This document shows positions 60,449-64,000 of a stretch of 64,000 nucleotides of DNA, in pieces. The translations under genes and the position numbers were made by a program. The DNA is from Gemmatimonadales bacterium. GTDB taxonomy: Bacteria > Gemmatimonadota > Gemmatimonadetes > Gemmatimonadales > GWC2-71-9. Each line of letters starts with the position of its first letter. Position 1 is the stretch's first letter. The notes beneath the pieces were generated by a model. That model did not search any database. It was not told the DNA's origin and saw only the letters and a program-made list of their open reading frames with translations. The DNA lies in assembly GCA_965249575.1 (NCBI GenBank), contig OZ252244.1, positions 352,001 through 416,000 on the forward strand, read 5' to 3'.

Positions 60449-60970
60449 CTATCCGCTGCTTCTACTCGTATCGACGTTCAGCTCGAAACACTTCCTGCCC
60501 ACCCCGTGGCTCCAGAAGTCAGCCGGCGCCCGGCGCGCGTGCGCCGGCAACTCTCGATCGAAGCTCGCACAAAGCTCGTAGGTACGCTCATCCAACTGGG
60601 CGTAGCCATACCGCTCAGCCGAGCCCGGATCGTGGGTCTTCACCCGATCACAGCGGGGTTGCCTCGCCGCCTCACTCGGCACTGGGGGGTGGGTAGGTGG
60701 GTTGGGCGGGCTGTTCAACTCACCCTGCGGCGCGCTGCAAACGCGCGGGTCCGCCATCAAGTCTTCAAGAGATGCTGGCAGGCGTTCGTGACGGATCCAG
60801 AATGAATCGATCGCCACCATGATCCCCCTGAGGTCCCGAATCCGGGCCGAATCGAGTCGCTGAAGGCGCCCTTCGACCGGCGATCCGACCAGCATCACTC
60901 CGGCGATGATCGATACCACGACCACGGTCATGCCGGCAGCCACTATGGTTTGTCCAAGAGACGGCTTCAA
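60449..60970 (-). CDS. Hypothetical pilin-like membrane protein (partner of DUF5671) carrying an apparent insertion of about 31 aa
   Basis: N-terminal TM, RLDSARIRDL, LPASLEDL, DP..YGY..YELCASF..FWSHG..CF; Pro-rich insert between DPRV and RVKTHDP. Confidence 0.7.
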   Translation of the reverse strand: MKPSLGQTIVAAGMTVVVVSIIAGVMLVGSPVEGRLQRLDSARIRDLRGIMVAIDSFWIRHERLPASLEDLMADPRVCSAPQGELNSPPNPPTHPPVPSEAARQPRCDRVKTHDPGSAERYGYAQLDERTYELCASFDRELPAHARRAPADFWSHGVGRKCFELNVDTSRSSG

Positions 60971-61614
60971 CCTCCCACCTCCTTCTCGTCGCGCCGAAGA
61001 TCCGTGAGATAGTAGATGAAGGCAGTGCTGGAGATGCTTCCAGCCGTCAGGACCTTGAGTAGAAACCGAGCGGTGACTTCTCCACCGAGGAGGTTGTAGA
61101 CCAAGCCGGTAGAGGTACCAATAAGGACGCCTGATGCAATCGCGAGGGTCAGGTAGGTTAGCCAGCGGCGTACCGGCGACGTTCGCTTCAGTGGTGATCG
61201 GGCGATCGCTCGGCTATTGGTCCTTGCCGCATAGAGAAAGACGGGCGTCGCGACCACGAGTGATGCAATCGACCACCGGATGATCTCCGGTATCGCGTCG
61301 ATTTGGTTTTGCGACCACAGCGGGTCCGGTAACGCGAGGTTGATGAATTGGAAGAGCAGGCTGCCCAAGCTGTAGGCACACAAATAGAGTGTCCCGAAGA
61401 GGACCAGGTACTCGAACGCCTCTCGAGCCGAGAGTGACGGGCGTGGTCGTGGCACGGCAATGGGGAAGTCGACCGCCGCAAACGATAGGAGCGCCGCCTG
61501 CACCTCTTCGTCCGACCAATCAGCCCGACTCAGCACGCCCCTGATCTCGTCGCGTGGCAGGCCCCGATTCAGGGCCTCTCGGATGAATGCCGTCAGGTCG
61601 TCATTGACCGCCAT
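60967..61614 (-). CDS. DUF5671 domain membrane protein
   Basis: SAREAFEYL, IRWSIASLVVATP, SPVRRWLTYLTL, RFLLKV, YYLTDLR. Confidence 0.85.
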   Translation of the reverse strand: MAVNDDLTAFIREALNRGLPRDEIRGVLSRADWSDEEVQAALLSFAAVDFPIAVPRPRPSLSAREAFEYLVLFGTLYLCAYSLGSLLFQFINLALPDPLWSQNQIDAIPEIIRWSIASLVVATPVFLYAARTNSRAIARSPLKRTSPVRRWLTYLTLAIASGVLIGTSTGLVYNLLGGEVTARFLLKVLTAGSISSTAFIYYLTDLRRDEKEVGG

Positions 61615-61887
61615 AAAGGCTCTCCGTCCTAGGGCCGCCTAACTCATCGTCGCGAGTATTCACCGGAATATGCGGCACGGGGGCTCACCGTCCAGTGTGC
61701 AACGTCGAATCGCGGTCGCGATCGTAGTCGATGTACAAGATCGGGTGTCAGGATCGCGCGAGCCCTTGGCAATCACTCACTCCATCTTCGAGCCACACAG
61801 TGGTTTGACATCCCCCGGGTCGACGGCGAGCATTGTCTCGATCCCGTCCTAGCCACGCACCTCGTACGCGGCTTCGGAGGCTCCACG

Positions 61888-63540
61888 ATGTTCCTTTCGC
61901 TTGATTGCCGTATTCCCGTTTACTTCACTGCCGCGCTCGTGCTTGCTGCGGCTTGTGCTCCACCGAGCGAGCCCGGCGGCGCCAGCCACGAAGATCTGGT
62001 CGCGCTGTTCGAGGAATGGCGGGACTTCCAGAGACCCACGCTCGCAGCGGGTGCCCCGGACTACACCGCCGCGGCCATGGAAACCCAACGCGCTGAGTTG
62101 CCCCGGTACCAGCGCCGGCTGACCGCCATCGACACGAGTGGCTGGTCCGTGAGTCAGCAAGTGGACTACCACCTGGTCCGCGCCGAGATGAACGGGCTGG
62201 ATTTTGACCACCGCGTACTCCGGCCGTGGGCCAGGAACCCGGAGTTCTACGTCTCGGTGTTTCCGTCGCAGAGCGATCAACCCGCCCGCGAGGGCCCCAC
62301 GGCCTACGGAGCGGTCGAGGTGTGGAAGTATCAATTCCCGTTGACGGCCGATCGCGCCGCCGACCTGACCGCGGAGCTGCAGATCATCCCACCGCTCCTG
62401 GAGCAGGCGAGAGACAATCTGGTCGAGGACGCCAGGGATCTCTGGGTGTTCGGGACCGGCAGCATTGCGGAGCAGAGCGACGCCCTGGCAAGCCTGGCCG
62501 CCAGGGTTGCGGGGACGAGCGCGGAGTTGGACGCGGCCATTCGCGATGCGGCCGAGGCCACCGACCGGTTTCACGAGTGGCTCGAGGCCGAGGCGCCATC
62601 CAAGACCGGACCGTCGGGCATCGGTGTCGACAACTACGACTGGTACCTCAGGAACGTCCACCTGGTCCCATACACCTGGCGCGAGCAGGTCACGCTCATG
62701 CGGCGCGAGCTCGCCCGCTCCCACGCCGTGCTTCGGCTCGAGGAGAACCGCAACCGCAAGCTCCCGCAGTTGACCCGCGTCGAGAGCGCCGCGGAGTACG
62801 ACCGCGTTTTCAACGCCGGCGTTACCGAGTACATGTCGTTCCTTCGTGAGCAGGAGATCTTGCCTATCCGCGACTACATGGACGCCGCCCTACGCGCCCG
62901 GATCGGCCGATTCGCCGCCTCAGGGGGGCTCCGCGGGTTCTTCTCGGAAGTGAGTTATCGCGACCCGATGGTGATGCGGACGCACGGCTACCATTGGTTC
63001 GACCTGGCGCGCATGGACAACGAGTCGCACCCCAGCCCGATCAGGCGGGTGCCGCTCCTCTACAACCTCTTCGACAGCCGAACCGAGGGACTGGCGACCG
63101 GCATGGAAGAGATGATGATGCACGCCGGCATGCTGGAGTCCCGCCCCCGTGCCCGCGAGCTCATCTACATCTTGCTCGCCCAGCGGGCGGCACGGGCTCT
63201 GGGCGACCTGTTGATGCACGGCGAGGGATACACCTTAGAGCAGGCAGCGACCTTCGCGTCCTCCTGGACCCCGCGCGGGTGGATGCCCGACGGCAGCCGG
63301 ACGGTCTTGCACGAGCAACATCTCTACCTCCAGCAACCGGCGTACGGCACCAGCTACGTGATGGGCAAGATCCAAATCGAGGACGTCTTGGCCGAGCGGG
63401 CCCGTGAGTTGGGTGACGACTTCACGCTGAAGGGTTTCATGGACGAGCTCAACGGCGCGGGGTTGATTCCGATGTCCCTCATCCGCTGGGAGCTCACCGG
63501 CCACGCCAACGAGATCACCGAGATGACCGCGGCGGAGTGA
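61888..63540 (+). CDS. DUF885-family lipoprotein (putative metallopeptidase-like)
   Basis: Lipobox AAAC; THGYH, EGLATGMEE, YLQQPAYGTSYVMGK motifs. Confidence 0.78.
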   Translation: MFLSLDCRIPVYFTAALVLAAACAPPSEPGGASHEDLVALFEEWRDFQRPTLAAGAPDYTAAAMETQRAELPRYQRRLTAIDTSGWSVSQQVDYHLVRAEMNGLDFDHRVLRPWARNPEFYVSVFPSQSDQPAREGPTAYGAVEVWKYQFPLTADRAADLTAELQIIPPLLEQARDNLVEDARDLWVFGTGSIAEQSDALASLAARVAGTSAELDAAIRDAAEATDRFHEWLEAEAPSKTGPSGIGVDNYDWYLRNVHLVPYTWREQVTLMRRELARSHAVLRLEENRNRKLPQLTRVESAAEYDRVFNAGVTEYMSFLREQEILPIRDYMDAALRARIGRFAASGGLRGFFSEVSYRDPMVMRTHGYHWFDLARMDNESHPSPIRRVPLLYNLFDSRTEGLATGMEEMMMHAGMLESRPRARELIYILLAQRAARALGDLLMHGEGYTLEQAATFASSWTPRGWMPDGSRTVLHEQHLYLQQPAYGTSYVMGKIQIEDVLAERARELGDDFTLKGFMDELNGAGLIPMSLIRWELTGHANEITEMTAAE

Positions 63541-63678
63541 GTCTCGCTGTGGAGATCCGCATCAAGGGGGGCTGGTGATGGCTCGAGCAAGAGGCCGACC
63601 GGCTCCCCTTCCAAGGGACGCTCCCGAACCTGCCTCGGGACCTGCTGCGGAAGCCCGAGTGACCCCAAATGGAGTCAA

Positions 63679-64000
63679 ATGAACCTGACCAAGACACTGC
63701 AGGCCACGCGTAACACTCGAGATGATCGGCTCGCCACCGGAGCCCGGACCGTTCTGGGAGTCCTGTTCGTGATGAGCGGCGTCATGAAGCTCGCGGTGCC
63801 CACGTTAGGGGCGGCGTTCGCAGGACAGCTGGCGGGAGCGAACATCCCGCTCGAGGATCTGAATCGCTGGATGGTGCCATTCGTGGAGGTCGGTGTCGGC
63901 GCAGTCCTGTTGCTCGGCTACTACACGCGGATCGCCACCCTCCTCGTCTACCCCATCATGATCGTGGCTACGTACGTGCACCTGGTCGTCGACGACCCGT
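63679..64000 (+). CDS. DoxX family membrane protein, partial (runs off the window)
   Basis: GGAG RBS; RTVLGVLFVMSGVMKL...PFVEVGVGAVLLLG...TRIA...VH. Confidence 0.8.
   Translation, partial: MNLTKTLQATRNTRDDRLATGARTVLGVLFVMSGVMKLAVPTLGAAFAGQLAGANIPLEDLNRWMVPFVEVGVGAVLLLGYYTRIATLLVYPIMIVATYVHLVVDDP

Noticed and set aside
60647..60739. Insertion as a group II intron
   Set aside because: Far too short, no GTGCG 5' end and no recognisable domain V.
61637..61643. GTTAGGC (minus strand) just upstream of the DUF5671 start, like an integron cassette core site; the surrounding small-gene region is cassette-like
   Set aside because: No matching inverse core or attC hairpin found, no integron integrase in the window, and genes are in mixed orientations.

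Overview
GC-rich bacterial chromosomal segment of about 65 genes or gene remnants. It is probably from a Gemmatimonadota-like organism; this is inferred from the GreA variant, the lipoprotein and outer-membrane families and the gene style, and is not proven. No rRNA, tRNA, CRISPR array, integrase or transposase was recognised. Main contents: (i) a metal-homeostasis cluster (ZIP-like/DUF318 fused permease, HIT protein, DUF3299 plus ABC transporter); (ii) an amino-acid catabolism pair (DadA-like and Leu/Val dehydrogenase); (iii) a redox block with an FMN alpha-hydroxy-acid dehydrogenase, a PQQ glucose-type dehydrogenase, a frameshifted XoxF-like PQQ alcohol dehydrogenase carrying the lanthanide D-x-D motif plus cytochrome c, and a complete frdABCD operon; (iv) peptide uptake and hydrolysis genes; (v) thiC with a TPP riboswitch, flanked by heptamer repeats; (vi) three paralogous secreted His-rich beta-propeller proteins; (vii) a run of small accessory genes including a tiny lipoprotein with an inhibitor-cystine-knot Cys framework. 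Many genes show single-base frameshifts, in-frame stops, truncations or internal deletions, which reflects either long-read or assembly error or ongoing gene decay. The best novelty candidates are the knottin-like lipoprotein, the beta-propeller trio with a structured spacer, the atypical lanthanide-type dehydrogenase, a structured in-frame insertion of about 93 bp and a 27-bp perfect inverted repeat.
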